From positions 1 to 55,195 of the IMG/VR virus record IMGVR_UViG_3300037124_000033: a stretch of 55,195 nt of DNA, one strand, 5' to 3'. Each line of letters begins with the position of its first letter. Within the stretch, counting starts at the first letter, position 1. A model generated the notes under the pieces. It did no database searches and was not told the origin of the DNA. It was given only the letters and a program-made list of their open reading frames with translations. Below, in pieces: positions 15,765 through 24,741 of the stretch. Position numbers and translations under genes: made by a program. Source of the stretch: a virus (lineage: Duplodnaviria > Caudoviricetes).

Positions 15765-16052
15765 ACACAAGCAGAGATCACCAAAGCTATCCTCAGCAGC
15801 CGCCATGCAGCCCGCATCAAGATCGAGAAGACCTTCCGTGCAATCAGCCCGGACTTGGCCGATTGCTGGCGCGAAGAGCAACCGTCAGAGCCGGTGGGCG
15901 TAATTCGTGCGGCAGTCGAGGCCGGCGAGGACTACGAGGCGGTGGCCTACAGCGCACTGGCCGACACCGCGCGTAGCTGGTGTGACGAGGTCGCGTCCGA
16001 ATGCGACGGCCCCACACAGACCAAAATTGCCGCTGCCAAGGCGGCGCTGTAG
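15738..16052 (+). CDS. Hypothetical protein
   Basis: Possible leaderless ATG 15738 in frame with SD-led ATG 15762. Confidence 0.7.
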   Translation: MTQTQETTMTQAEITKAILSSRHAARIKIEKTFRAISPDLADCWREEQPSEPVGVIRAAVEAGEDYEAVAYSALADTARSWCDEVASECDGPTQTKIAAAKAAL

Positions 16053-16053
16053 G

Positions 16054-16129
16054 GCAGTAGCCAGCCTGCCACGCCTTCCAGCCCGCCCGCGGGGCCGGAG
16101 GGCTAGGCAGCGCTACCGCTAACAAGGAG
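16054..16129 (+). repeat. Palindromic intergenic repeat, copy A
   Basis: GCAGTAGCCAGCCTGCCACGCCTTCC..CCGGAGGGCTAGGCAGCGCTACCGCT..AGGAG. Confidence 0.85.
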
Positions 16130-16135
16130 CAAGTT

Positions 16136-16330
16136 ATGAAGACCACGGCTATCCAAGACGTAGTGTTTGAGCATTGTTCCAATGAGCTCGAAGCCGAGCT
16201 CATCGTCATAGCCACCCACTGGGATCACGTCGAGTTGCTGGATGACGGGTCGGTCAGACTGGGCAGCGTGAGACGGTTACTTTCGGATGCGGATCTGGAG
16301 TACCTCGAGAACCTGCAGAATATCGACTAG
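16136..16330 (+). CDS. Hypothetical protein
   Basis: RBS supplied by repeat A. Confidence 0.7.
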   Translation: MKTTAIQDVVFEHCSNELEAELIVIATHWDHVELLDDGSVRLGSVRRLLSDADLEYLENLQNID

Positions 16331-16371
16331 TAGTAGAGCCAAGCAGCGATACTGCTAACAAGGAGACAACG

Positions 16372-16893
16372 ATGACACAAGCAGAAAAAATCGCAGAGCA
16401 GCTAGGCATGGACGGGCAAGTGTGGGCAACCAAAGATGGCCAGAGTCTCGACGATCTGTGCGAGGCGGCACGCGGAACGAAAAGCTACCAACGTGGCTGG
16501 GGTATCGACGGAAACTACACAGGGCATACAAGCAGCTACAAATACACGTTTTTTGATGGCTCGGTGATCACGTGCCACGGTGCAGCGTGGGATCTTGGCT
16601 ACGCTGACTGCTGGTGCTGGGCTGGTTACGGGCACGACGAGAGCTGTCGAGAGCTCGCCAATTATGAGTGCTCCGAGCGGCTAGCACGATGGGTGATCGA
16701 GCAGCGATGCTATCTGGATACAGCCCAGGGTGATAGCGATCGCAGCATTGCGGTCGGTCTGGGTAACGGCAGCATCCAGATCCCAGAGTGGATGGGCGTG
16801 CGTGAAGAGTGCGACGCCGCGTTGGTCTGGGATAAGGACGAGAGCGACGGCGATACGCATCTCGTGTGGCTCGGCGCCGACGACGAGCAGTAG
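16372..16893 (+). CDS. Hypothetical protein
   Basis: AAGGAG RBS inside an internally shortened repeat copy (16330-16365). Confidence 0.7.
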   Translation: MTQAEKIAEQLGMDGQVWATKDGQSLDDLCEAARGTKSYQRGWGIDGNYTGHTSSYKYTFFDGSVITCHGAAWDLGYADCWCWAGYGHDESCRELANYECSERLARWVIEQRCYLDTAQGDSDRSIAVGLGNGSIQIPEWMGVREECDAALVWDKDESDGDTHLVWLGADDEQ

Positions 16894-16962
16894 AGTCTGC
16901 CACGTCCTACCCACCTTCACCCACACCTGGAACAAAATCAACATCACACCCCGTATATTTAT

Positions 16963-16991
16963 TTGACACGCTAATCGATGTAGCGTAGACT
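16963..16991 (+). promoter_or_regulatory. Sigma70 promoter, probably for a leaderless mRNA
   Basis: TTGACA-17-TAGACT; ATG 16998 follows after 6 nt with no SD. Confidence 0.7.
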
Positions 16992-16997
16992 CTAAGT

Positions 16998-17408
16998 ATG
17001 AGGACGACGCAAGAGATGCAGCAAGCCTATCGACACGGCAAAGCCCATGCTGGCCAAGACATGATGGACATTGCTTACGGGCCTGATGGCGAGCGTTGGG
17101 ACCATTGGATGGACGACCCGGTGCTGCGGTTATTTTGGCATGCCGGCTACAATGATGAGCAGGCGCCCCGTTGGGTCGAGGCGGAGCGCTACGGGGATCT
17201 GCCCGAGTCGGGTGTGTCACGCAACTACGCGGACGACAAAGCCGAGAATGGCGTGTCGGTGGCGCGGTTGCTCGACGGGGGCGATGCCTACGATTGGATG
17301 AGAGGTTTTGGAGGGCAAGACCGCCCAGTGCGCAAAGTGGCTGGGTGGCTGCATTACGACAGAGGTAGCGATGGCGAACCGTTGTTGGTTGGCGCCATCC
17401 AACTTTAG
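16998..17408 (+). CDS. Hypothetical protein
   Basis: RYGDLPESGVSRNYADDKAENGVSV..GSDGEPLL. Confidence 0.75.
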   Translation: MRTTQEMQQAYRHGKAHAGQDMMDIAYGPDGERWDHWMDDPVLRLFWHAGYNDEQAPRWVEAERYGDLPESGVSRNYADDKAENGVSVARLLDGGDAYDWMRGFGGQDRPVRKVAGWLHYDRGSDGEPLLVGAIQL

Positions 17409-17418
17409 GAAGGCGAAG

Positions 17419-17655
17419 ATGACAGTCCATATCAAGGAGGATCCAAAAGCCGCCGGATGCGCCGTCAAGGCCAATTACTTGTGGGCATTGCAAGGGTCAT
17501 CCAACAACTCGATGATGCTCGATCCCCCCGGCCGCGGTTGGATGCCCGTGGGTACCTACGTCGACGGCACTACCGTGGTGGTCGTATGTAAACGCCGCTG
17601 GCGCCGTGCATCATTCGTCGATTTTCTGAAGCGGTCTTTCAGGAGGCAGTCGTGA
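17419..17655 (+). CDS. Hypothetical protein
   Basis: AGGAAGG RBS; coupled to the next gene. Confidence 0.5.
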   Translation: MTVHIKEDPKAAGCAVKANYLWALQGSSNNSMMLDPPGRGWMPVGTYVDGTTVVVVCKRRWRRASFVDFLKRSFRRQS

Positions 17656-17978
17656 CCAATCAAGACAAAACTTTGGTGGAGACTATCCAAGCCTATGCCG
17701 AGCAAAGCCACGCTTACAAAGTCTCGGAGACCTGCGACTCAGCCCTAGCTGGAGACCAGGATGCTCTCGATGAGTGCAAGCGGATCATGATGGAGGCGTG
17801 CTCGTACGGGGAACAGTTACGATGCGCAGCCTTTTTAGAAAGGCTCAAGATTAACGAAGTGGACGAGGAGGATCTAGAACTACACCCCGCGTGGTGGCTC
17901 AAAGAATTTGCGACCCGATATCCAGGCCTTGCCCCTCGGTCCGTCTATGATGCTGTGCTTGCCGAGTTGAAGCGATGA
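17652..17978 (+). CDS. Hypothetical protein
   Basis: AGGAGG RBS, GTGA coupling. Confidence 0.65.
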   Translation: MTNQDKTLVETIQAYAEQSHAYKVSETCDSALAGDQDALDECKRIMMEACSYGEQLRCAAFLERLKINEVDEEDLELHPAWWLKEFATRYPGLAPRSVYDAVLAELKR

Positions 17979-18051
17979 AAACGATCACTTTGACTTGCAC
18001 TCGCCGTGTGGTGAGGTAAACTGTATAGACAAACAAACAGGAGACAAGAAG

Positions 18052-18240
18052 ATGACAAACGTGAACACCCCCAAGAACACCAAGTCGGTCGGCAACGTCG
18101 AGGCAATTCGGTGTTATTTTGGTCCAGATCGCCCAGTCGTAGCGAACGAGCTCAAAGAGCTGTCGAGCGAGGAGCGTCACGAGTTGGCCAAGCTCGTTTG
18201 TGATGACATGGGCTGGACGCACTGCCCGCCGGAGGCGTGA
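18052..18240 (+). CDS. Hypothetical protein
   Basis: TTGCAC-16-TAAACT promoter and AGGAG RBS upstream. Confidence 0.65.
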   Translation: MTNVNTPKNTKSVGNVEAIRCYFGPDRPVVANELKELSSEERHELAKLVCDDMGWTHCPPEA

Positions 18241-18349
18241 GACCCAACGACCAATGAGGCAGACTGGCTTCGGCCGGTCTGTGAGAGTGCCCGCTTCTCT
18301 AGCTCTCCGGTAGTGCTCCTGCCGGAGAGCTCAATCAAAAACCATTTCA

Positions 18350-18868
18350 ATGGAGATGAAGATGGGACGAGAAGTCAGACGAGTACCAGCCGATTGGAAG
18401 CACCCACGGCGTTTGGATAGTCGATACAAGCCGCTACTCGAGTTGGACGAGCCATTCGAAGATCTAGAAAGAGAGTGGTGGCACAACCATTCATTGTGGC
18501 GATACGGCAAGCATCCATATCAACAGAAATACGACTCGGCCAAACAATGCGGATCGTATCGAGATTGGTATGGAGGCCCGCCACAGAGAGACGATTACAT
18601 GCCTTGGTGGACCGAGGAGGAGAAGACGCATTACCAGATGTATGAGACGTGCTCCGAAGGTACTCCGATTTCACCTGTGATGGCTACGCCGGAAGAGCTT
18701 GCTAGGTGGTTGGCAGATCATCACGCGTCAGCATTCGCCGACCAGACCGCAACATATGAGCAGTGGTTGGTGACAATCAAACGTGAGTGGGCACCGTCTG
18801 CTACAGTTAGTGGTGGTGTACTTGTCTCTGGAGTTGAGGTGCTGGCAGAAAGGGAAGGAGACAGTTGA
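18350..18868 (+). CDS. Conserved-looking phage protein
   Basis: MGREVRRVPADWKHP..YQMYETCSEGTPISPVMATPEELARWL. Confidence 0.8.
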   Translation: MEMKMGREVRRVPADWKHPRRLDSRYKPLLELDEPFEDLEREWWHNHSLWRYGKHPYQQKYDSAKQCGSYRDWYGGPPQRDDYMPWWTEEEKTHYQMYETCSEGTPISPVMATPEELARWLADHHASAFADQTATYEQWLVTIKREWAPSATVSGGVLVSGVEVLAEREGDS

Positions 18869-18869
18869 C

Positions 18870-19160
18870 ATGCGCAAGTTTAAGGTTGGCGACCGGGTCA
18901 GGTTCGGGGTCGACGATGAAGGTTGGCCCGTGTGGAGTATCAACAAGAGGTTCAAGAGTTTCATGGTCAGCCATACGGTGGGTCGTGTAATCAGCATCAG
19001 TGAGAATGTGGTGCTTGTCGAGTGGAGGATAGGAGCCCAAAAACGGGAATGGGGCTGGCCACAATACAAAAAGTATGATACCAACAGTCATGGTTATAGG
19101 TTTCCTGCCTATCCATATGGGCTTCCTGGTTACCTCGAGTTGATTGATGAGAAGGGATGA
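18870..19160 (+). CDS. FKVGD.V-type (SH3-like) protein
   Basis: RKFKVGDRVRF; similar to the C-terminus of 20106..20579. Confidence 0.7.
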   Translation: MRKFKVGDRVRFGVDDEGWPVWSINKRFKSFMVSHTVGRVISISENVVLVEWRIGAQKREWGWPQYKKYDTNSHGYRFPAYPYGLPGYLELIDEKG

Positions 19161-19163
19161 TCT

Positions 19164-19373
19164 ATGAAAAACAAACCATTCGAACCGACGCACGTCATGA
19201 CTATGACTCAGCCAGACTTGTCTGAGGTCTCGTTTGAAGTGATGATTCATGGTAGATGCGCTTATACTAGGGATGATTGGGAGAAAGGGAGAGAATCGAG
19301 CTGGCTGGATACGTATGAGGAATGGGCTCCTCGTGATACACGGGTATGGTCTGCTCGGATAAAAAAGATATGA
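19164..19373 (+). CDS. Hypothetical protein
   Basis: Packed ORF with RBS. Confidence 0.6.
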   Translation: MKNKPFEPTHVMTMTQPDLSEVSFEVMIHGRCAYTRDDWEKGRESSWLDTYEEWAPRDTRVWSARIKKI

Positions 19374-19380
19374 GCTCGAG

Positions 19381-19713
19381 ATGCGAATGTGGATGCTCGA
19401 TCCTAGAACGCTTTGCCGGCAGCATTTGATCGGCGAGCATTCAGAATTACACAAATACAGACACGTCTTTGTTAGGCGCTATTCAATAGCCGGCCGCCTA
19501 GGTCAAATCGAACCAGCCGCAATGAAACGGCGACACGACGAGCTCGCCACAGAGATGCTTCGCCGTGGGTACAGACACGAGTCACCATACTCGATGCCGA
19601 GTCTTTCGCATTTGTCTCCGGAGGACAGGTATGGTAGAGTCGATCTGAGAGAGTCAAGGAAGCTACTACACGAAAGATGCGCAGAGTGCGCGAAGAGGTG
19701 GAGACTTAAATGA
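19381..19713 (+). CDS. Pyrimidine-dimer DNA glycosylase (T4 endonuclease V/DenV-like)
   Basis: MRMWMLDPRTLCRQHLIGEHSELH..RHDELATEMLRRGYRH.SP. Confidence 0.85.
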   Translation: MRMWMLDPRTLCRQHLIGEHSELHKYRHVFVRRYSIAGRLGQIEPAAMKRRHDELATEMLRRGYRHESPYSMPSLSHLSPEDRYGRVDLRESRKLLHERCAECAKRWRLK

Positions 19714-20096
19714 GCAAACAATACCCTATCATCAAGGCCTCACAAATGCCTTCGCCACGTCTACAACTCAGATGGGAGAAACTCGACGTGGAGGAAGACG
19801 GTTACACTTGGTTCTGTCATTATGAACTCGTGATGACCATTGGACCATACGATATCCGCCATCATACAGCGGAAGACATGTTCTCTGGGCGTAGCGTTGA
19901 AAGAGCGATTCAGCTATTCGGCGGAACTAGAGTCGCGATTAGCGAAGGTCGTTTACCGATATCCACCGATCGAATCGATGCCCCAAGACGAGATGGGGCT
20001 CACATCAAATGGGATGCGGCTCAGCTGGGTTTGCGTGCCTTTGTAGTGTGCAATGAATTTGCGATGGAGATAGAGCCTGAATCGCAGAAAGCATAG
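19710..20096 (+). CDS. Hypothetical protein
   Basis: ATGA coupling. Confidence 0.65.
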   Translation: MSKQYPIIKASQMPSPRLQLRWEKLDVEEDGYTWFCHYELVMTIGPYDIRHHTAEDMFSGRSVERAIQLFGGTRVAISEGRLPISTDRIDAPRRDGAHIKWDAAQLGLRAFVVCNEFAMEIEPESQKA

Positions 20097-20105
20097 AGGT
20101 TTGAA

Positions 20106-20579
20106 ATGAGCAAGACTGACCGCAAAGAGTTTATCGCCGAGGCCATGATTGCATGGATGGGTGGATATGTGGCGAATCCAACACCCGAGGAAGATCCTAT
20201 TTCTATCAAGGACGCCGTCGGTTTAGCCCACCTTGTTGCGTCTGAACTTTGGGACAAGTTCTCCAAAGAAGAGCTATCTGGCAAGCAGGAGGAGGAAGCG
20301 CCGCGGTTGTTCAAGGTCGGCGATGAGGTGGAGTTTGAGTTGTTAGAAGATGGCATGCCGAGGTGGGATGGGGACAAAGATCGCCTTAAGGTTGGTCAGG
20401 ATCTTGGAAGGGTAGTGAGCGGGATTGTAGACAGCGTGCATGTTGAAGAACATTCGTTTGTTATTCATTCAAGTTCCATTATAGAATTTGGCACCTGGTC
20501 ATGTTATCAACCAACTCACCCTCGTGCTCGCTACGGCTCCCCCGGCTATCTACGTCTTGTGAAGCCAGTCGATGGCTGA
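20106..20579 (+). CDS. Two-domain hypothetical protein with FKVGD.V domain
   Basis: RLFKVGDEVEF..YGSPGYLRLV. Confidence 0.7.
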   Translation: MSKTDRKEFIAEAMIAWMGGYVANPTPEEDPISIKDAVGLAHLVASELWDKFSKEELSGKQEEEAPRLFKVGDEVEFELLEDGMPRWDGDKDRLKVGQDLGRVVSGIVDSVHVEEHSFVIHSSSIIEFGTWSCYQPTHPRARYGSPGYLRLVKPVDG

Positions 20580-20744
20580 TAGGTCCATAAAAGGGAGTAC
20601 AAACCCAGGGTCTCTAAGATTAATTCATCGTGACGACCAAGTCTACTTGATTTTTAAACGCAGTCATGGTGGAATGAAGGACGAGCTATTGTGCTCGGCG
20701 AAGAACAGAGCTTTCGCTGAGCGCTGTTGGAAAGGGCTGAGGCG

Positions 20745-20939
20745 ATGACACGCGGACCCAAACGCAAGGTGACCAGGGCGCGTACCAAGCGCGTACTCAG
20801 CTACCCTGGGAATCGTGTCAGTAGACGGTGGGATTTGATTCTCGAGTGCGGACATGCAGTAGAGCGCCCAGTGAAGAAAGGTGGCCAGCCCCCTGAATGG
20901 GTTTACTGTGGGGAGTGCGCGGTAGGGGGGAGAAAATGA
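20745..20939 (+). CDS. Small zinc-ribbon protein
   Basis: LECGH...CGEC. Confidence 0.6.
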   Translation: MTRGPKRKVTRARTKRVLSYPGNRVSRRWDLILECGHAVERPVKKGGQPPEWVYCGECAVGGRK

Positions 20940-21025
20940 ACCGTCCCGAGAAGTGCGCTGTTCGGCACACAGTGAAATGCTCAACCTGCAAAGGGAAGGG
21001 ATGGGTAAGGAGAAGGAGATCTTAG

Positions 21026-21265
21026 ATGGAGCTGACTGATAAAGTTAAGAGGGCGATTGCTGAGGAAGTTGAGCTTTTTGAGTATAGCAAAAGAATGAAT
21101 GGACCGTTGTGTGTTATCTCAACCACTTGCAGCGAATGCCCGTACACAAAAATTCTTGGCGAGAGATGTACAGCTATTTGGATGGATTTCCCCTGCGATA
21201 ATAACTACAAGCTTCTCGTCGCGTATACGCTTGCCGATGCGTGCGGAGTGAAGGTAGGGAAGTGA
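21026..21265 (+). CDS. Cys-rich hypothetical protein
   Basis: AGGAG RBS; PLC..CSECPY..C. Confidence 0.65.
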   Translation: MELTDKVKRAIAEEVELFEYSKRMNGPLCVISTTCSECPYTKILGERCTAIWMDFPCDNNYKLLVAYTLADACGVKVGK

Positions 21266-21266
21266 A

Positions 21267-21536
21267 ATGTACCGCTACGATGAGCAATTTCTGATAGTTC
21301 ATGCTATGGTACCTCTTCTGGAACATGAGCAGACCAAGAGTTCATTGGAGTGGGCCATGAAGTTTGTCCCTAGAGTTCGTTTCACTGAACACCAAGATAC
21401 ATTATCTTTGAGATTCGATATCTCTAAGATGACCATGAAGCATGCGTCTAATGTAAGGGAATTAATCGAACAACACATAGTTGGGTTCGTCCGCGGAGAA
21501 TTGTTTGCTGCGTGGCACAAAGGAATGTTTCGATGA
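21267..21536 (+). CDS. Hypothetical protein
   Basis: Packed ORF. Confidence 0.6.
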   Translation: MYRYDEQFLIVHAMVPLLEHEQTKSSLEWAMKFVPRVRFTEHQDTLSLRFDISKMTMKHASNVRELIEQHIVGFVRGELFAAWHKGMFR

Positions 21537-21973
21537 ACAAGAATCTTACTCTGTTCGAAGATGTTTTGCTTTGGTCCAAGGCTGTTGGCCAGTACATTCA
21601 GCAGAATGCCGGGGTGTTGTCGTATGGCGATGGGGTTAAAGAGCAAGATCTTGCTGCAGACATTGTCGATGAAGAATTCATCGAGCTTACTGAGGCGCTT
21701 GATTGTGGCGACATAGAAGAGATTGCTGATGCTATCGCCGATCTCGTTTGGGTGTGCCTCCGTATGGCTCAAGCTTTTGGTATTGACTTTGACGCCGCTT
21801 GGTGCGAAGTTTCCAGAACGAATTGGGCGAAGGTTGGCGGGCCGAAGCGGGAAGATGGGAAGCAACTGAAGCCGCCTGGATGGAAGCCGCCAGATATGAC
21901 GAAGGCGTTGAGCGCTGACTTGTACGAGCGGATTACCGAGGCGATGGGGTTGTTGATAAGTGAAAGACGTTAG
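21533..21973 (+). CDS. MazG-like/PRA-PH-fold NTP pyrophosphohydrolase
   Basis: EEFIEL..EIADAIADLVWV..EVSRTNWAK..REDGKQLKPPGWKPP. Confidence 0.85.
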   Translation: MNKNLTLFEDVLLWSKAVGQYIQQNAGVLSYGDGVKEQDLAADIVDEEFIELTEALDCGDIEEIADAIADLVWVCLRMAQAFGIDFDAAWCEVSRTNWAKVGGPKREDGKQLKPPGWKPPDMTKALSADLYERITEAMGLLISERR

Positions 21974-22229
21974 ACAACTAATTGCTGATTCAGCAACCGA
22001 GCAAGAGCGGTACTACTGGGGCTTTGTCGAATATCGAGGGGTAGAGTTTCCATGCGAGACATGCCATGGGCTTGGTACTCGTACGTACTCAGACACATCC
22101 ACGTGGCTGCACGGTGTTGGTGGACAGATGCTGACCAAAGGTGTATGTGACTCGTGCTGGGGGACGGGTGATAAATACAGGCATGGGCTAAACTTGAGAG
22201 AAGTGCTACGCAAAATCCGCGAGCTTTGA
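21960..22229 (+). CDS. CxxCxGxG zinc-finger protein
   Basis: CETCHGLG..CDSCWGTG. Confidence 0.7.
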   Translation: MKDVRQLIADSATEQERYYWGFVEYRGVEFPCETCHGLGTRTYSDTSTWLHGVGGQMLTKGVCDSCWGTGDKYRHGLNLREVLRKIREL

Positions 22230-22238
22230 GGTGAAGAG

Positions 22239-22667
22239 ATGAAAGACACGATGGAACTACCGGTCCGACTCACGAATGGTGAGAAGTTGCAATGCGGCAA
22301 TATGGCCGCTAAATTGGCTCATGAGTCCCACATACTCGATGAGAAGCGCAAGCTTCAGAATGCTGCCCTAAAGGCGCAGATCGACGCTTTGCAAGAGCGG
22401 ATGGCTGATCTATTCGACAAGCTACGTACCGGCGAGCAGGTTCGCGAGGTCGAGGTCGAACGAAAAAAAGACTTTGAGTCCGGCGCAGAGGTCATCATTC
22501 GGCTCGATACAGGCGAGGTGGTAAGCGAGCGTGCTCTTGACCCGGATGAGATGCAGCAAGATCTACCGTACGACGGACCGCCTGAGGATGCATCTGCAGA
22601 AGAAAAGCTTGTGTATTTGCAAGGGCGTGTGAAGAAGAAGCAGAAAGAGCTGAGGGAAAAGAAGTGA
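22239..22667 (+). CDS. Coiled-coil phage protein
   Basis: LPVRLT..IRLDTGEVVSERAL; GAGG RBS. Confidence 0.75.
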   Translation: MKDTMELPVRLTNGEKLQCGNMAAKLAHESHILDEKRKLQNAALKAQIDALQERMADLFDKLRTGEQVREVEVERKKDFESGAEVIIRLDTGEVVSERALDPDEMQQDLPYDGPPEDASAEEKLVYLQGRVKKKQKELREKK

Positions 22668-23002
22668 ATGTCTGTCTCGTTGGTGCCGGATATAATCGAC
22701 CACAAATGAACGCATTCGCGACCGACCTAGAAAGTCGCGATATCGCTTGTTACGTGTTGAATAGCTACGACCACATTGATCAATGCGAGTGTGTCTATAT
22801 CTACAATATAGATGGTTGCCTCGAATTCGATGTGGCCGCGTGCATCGGTTATGCTATCGCTAGGAAGAAGGTGATCTTTTCGTTCTTGTCTCTCCAGCAC
22901 CATGGTGAGCACGCATTTTCTTCACACGTTGATGTGTGTGATCCGGACGAGCTCACCAACCAGGTGATTCTTGATGCGTTTGTGAAGAACAGGATTGAGT
23001 AG
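22664..23002 (+). CDS. Divergent NDT/DUF4406-like protein
   Basis: HIDQCECVYIYNIDG..IGYAIARKKVIF; the expected catalytic Glu appears replaced. Confidence 0.5.
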   Translation: MNVCLVGAGYNRPQMNAFATDLESRDIACYVLNSYDHIDQCECVYIYNIDGCLEFDVAACIGYAIARKKVIFSFLSLQHHGEHAFSSHVDVCDPDELTNQVILDAFVKNRIE

Positions 23003-23119
23003 AATCACGTTTGACATGGCGGACTCTTTGTGGAATCATGAGTTGCCACCAGCCCTGGAGCTATGGCAGCGCGCACTGCGGTAGCATTTGAACCCCGGGG
23101 CTGGTGACATGAGGTAAGG

Positions 23120-23677
23120 ATGAAAGAAGCATTAGAACTTGTCGTCAAAGGCTCTGGCGCAGTCGTGGCCTATGCATGCCCGGAATGTGGGCGAGTATTC
23201 AACACAAAGAATCTCGCCGAGATATGCTGCGAGCCCGTTATCTGCGAATGCGGTCGAACATGCAGGAAGCCATGGACGGCATGCGACACTTGCCGAGAAA
23301 AAAAGAGGCAGGACAAGGAGCGCCAGGCGTTCGAATCCGCAGAGAAGATCCCATGGGAGAAGTATGACGGCCCGGTATACGACAACGGTGATTATTACTC
23401 AGACGTAGAAGAGCTCGCCGATTGTCTTGCATGCGCAGAGATTGAGTTGCCTGAATACGTTTGGGCATGCACAACGGTGCTATTGACTCTCAACGCCGAG
23501 GAGATTATCTCCAGAGAGCTCGAGAGTCAGGAGTTTTACGAAGACGCTTTCGAACATGTCGTTGCTATCTCCCAGCTACAAGAGGCAATAGACGAGTGGT
23601 CGGAAAAGCAATCTCTAGAATCGTGGAAGGTAGACAGAACCAGGGCTGTGCTCTTGGATGGGTTGCAAGATGATTAA
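23120..23677 (+). CDS. Zinc-finger phage protein with acidic C-terminus
   Basis: YACPECG..CECG..CDTC. Confidence 0.75.
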   Translation: MKEALELVVKGSGAVVAYACPECGRVFNTKNLAEICCEPVICECGRTCRKPWTACDTCREKKRQDKERQAFESAEKIPWEKYDGPVYDNGDYYSDVEELADCLACAEIELPEYVWACTTVLLTLNAEEIISRELESQEFYEDAFEHVVAISQLQEAIDEWSEKQSLESWKVDRTRAVLLDGLQDD

Positions 23678-23872
23678 GATGAGTAAATGGTTTTGGCGTT
23701 GGTGGTGGTTGACGATGGCCTGGTCGTTGATGCTTGGAGTTTTAGCGTTATTTAACGTGCAGCTGTCGAATCATATCGGTGGATTGGTGCTTGACATCGA
23801 CATGCCTATCAAGTGGATGGTGCCGCTTGTCGTGCCTCCGTCAGTTGTGTGCCTGTTCTGGTGGGTATGGTC

Positions 23873-24382
23873 ATGAGTGGACTATTCATCGGCATAGACC
23901 CAGGTCTAGATGGTGCTATCGCTGTGATCGGTGATGGTAGACCTGAAATATATGACATGCCCGTAGTAACAAAGCTCCGCCGCAGGAAGGGCAAGAAGGT
24001 GGAGGTTAGGCAAGTTGACGAAGAAGGGTTAACCTCACTCATGGAATCGTTTCCAAGTGTATGTCGTGTCACCATCGAAGATCTACTTCCAATGTCGAAG
24101 CGTGGCGCAATTGCGGCTTTCAGTCTGGGGCGTTCATTTGGTATCGTACTCGGGGTGGCTGCCGCTCTTGGATTTGCGTATCAGCTAGCGTCGCCGCAGA
24201 GATGGAAGCGTGAGTTCGGCTTGATTGGCAGAGACAAGAATACCTCTATTATGAGGGCAAAAGGATTGTCCCCGAGCGCCGCAAAGTACATGACGAAAGC
24301 CTCTCATCATGGCAGGGCTGACGCGCTGTTGTTGGCTGAATATGGAAGAAGGATAACCGATGACCCCGGAAGAGTTCGCTAG
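23873..24382 (+). CDS. RuvC-like Holliday junction resolvase
   Basis: IGIDPGLDGAIA, VTIE, PQRWK, GRADALLLA. Confidence 0.9.
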   Translation: MSGLFIGIDPGLDGAIAVIGDGRPEIYDMPVVTKLRRRKGKKVEVRQVDEEGLTSLMESFPSVCRVTIEDLLPMSKRGAIAAFSLGRSFGIVLGVAAALGFAYQLASPQRWKREFGLIGRDKNTSIMRAKGLSPSAAKYMTKASHHGRADALLLAEYGRRITDDPGRVR

Positions 24383-24602
24383 AAGCAGAGATTGGATACA
24401 CGATCGCGAGAGAGCACTTGCCAGGCGTGGTGAGCTGCTTGTCCTGATTCGAGACCAGCTCAGAGTTGCGTTTGCAGGTGTGCCACCGCCTTGCGCTGGT
24501 TGTGGATCTGTGAGGAAGTGGGAGCAGCTCTACCGCTGCTGGCATTGCGGCTTGTGGTTGTGCGTTAGGTGCGCCAGGAAGCATTTTGGAGCTCGCCCGT
24601 GA
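24360..24602 (+). CDS. Zinc-finger hypothetical protein
   Basis: CAGC..CWHC..CVRCARKHF. Confidence 0.6.
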   Translation: MTPEEFARSRDWIHDRERALARRGELLVLIRDQLRVAFAGVPPPCAGCGSVRKWEQLYRCWHCGLWLCVRCARKHFGARP

Positions 24603-24741
24603 CCAGGTCCAGCGCCTATCGCGAGTTCAGACAACGATATAATTTACCTCTTTACAACTACATCGAGCGTAGAGTACTATGGCACGGCTTTGTGAGCGAG
24701 ATGTGCAATTCTGGACGGATAACTTTCGAGACAATGAGTAG

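Noticed and set aside
16681-17493. Long antisense ORFs (16681..17493, 18807..19454, 26099..26761, 31600..32187, 52948..53631)
   Set aside because: They shadow well-supported genes on the other strand and lack an RBS or motifs.
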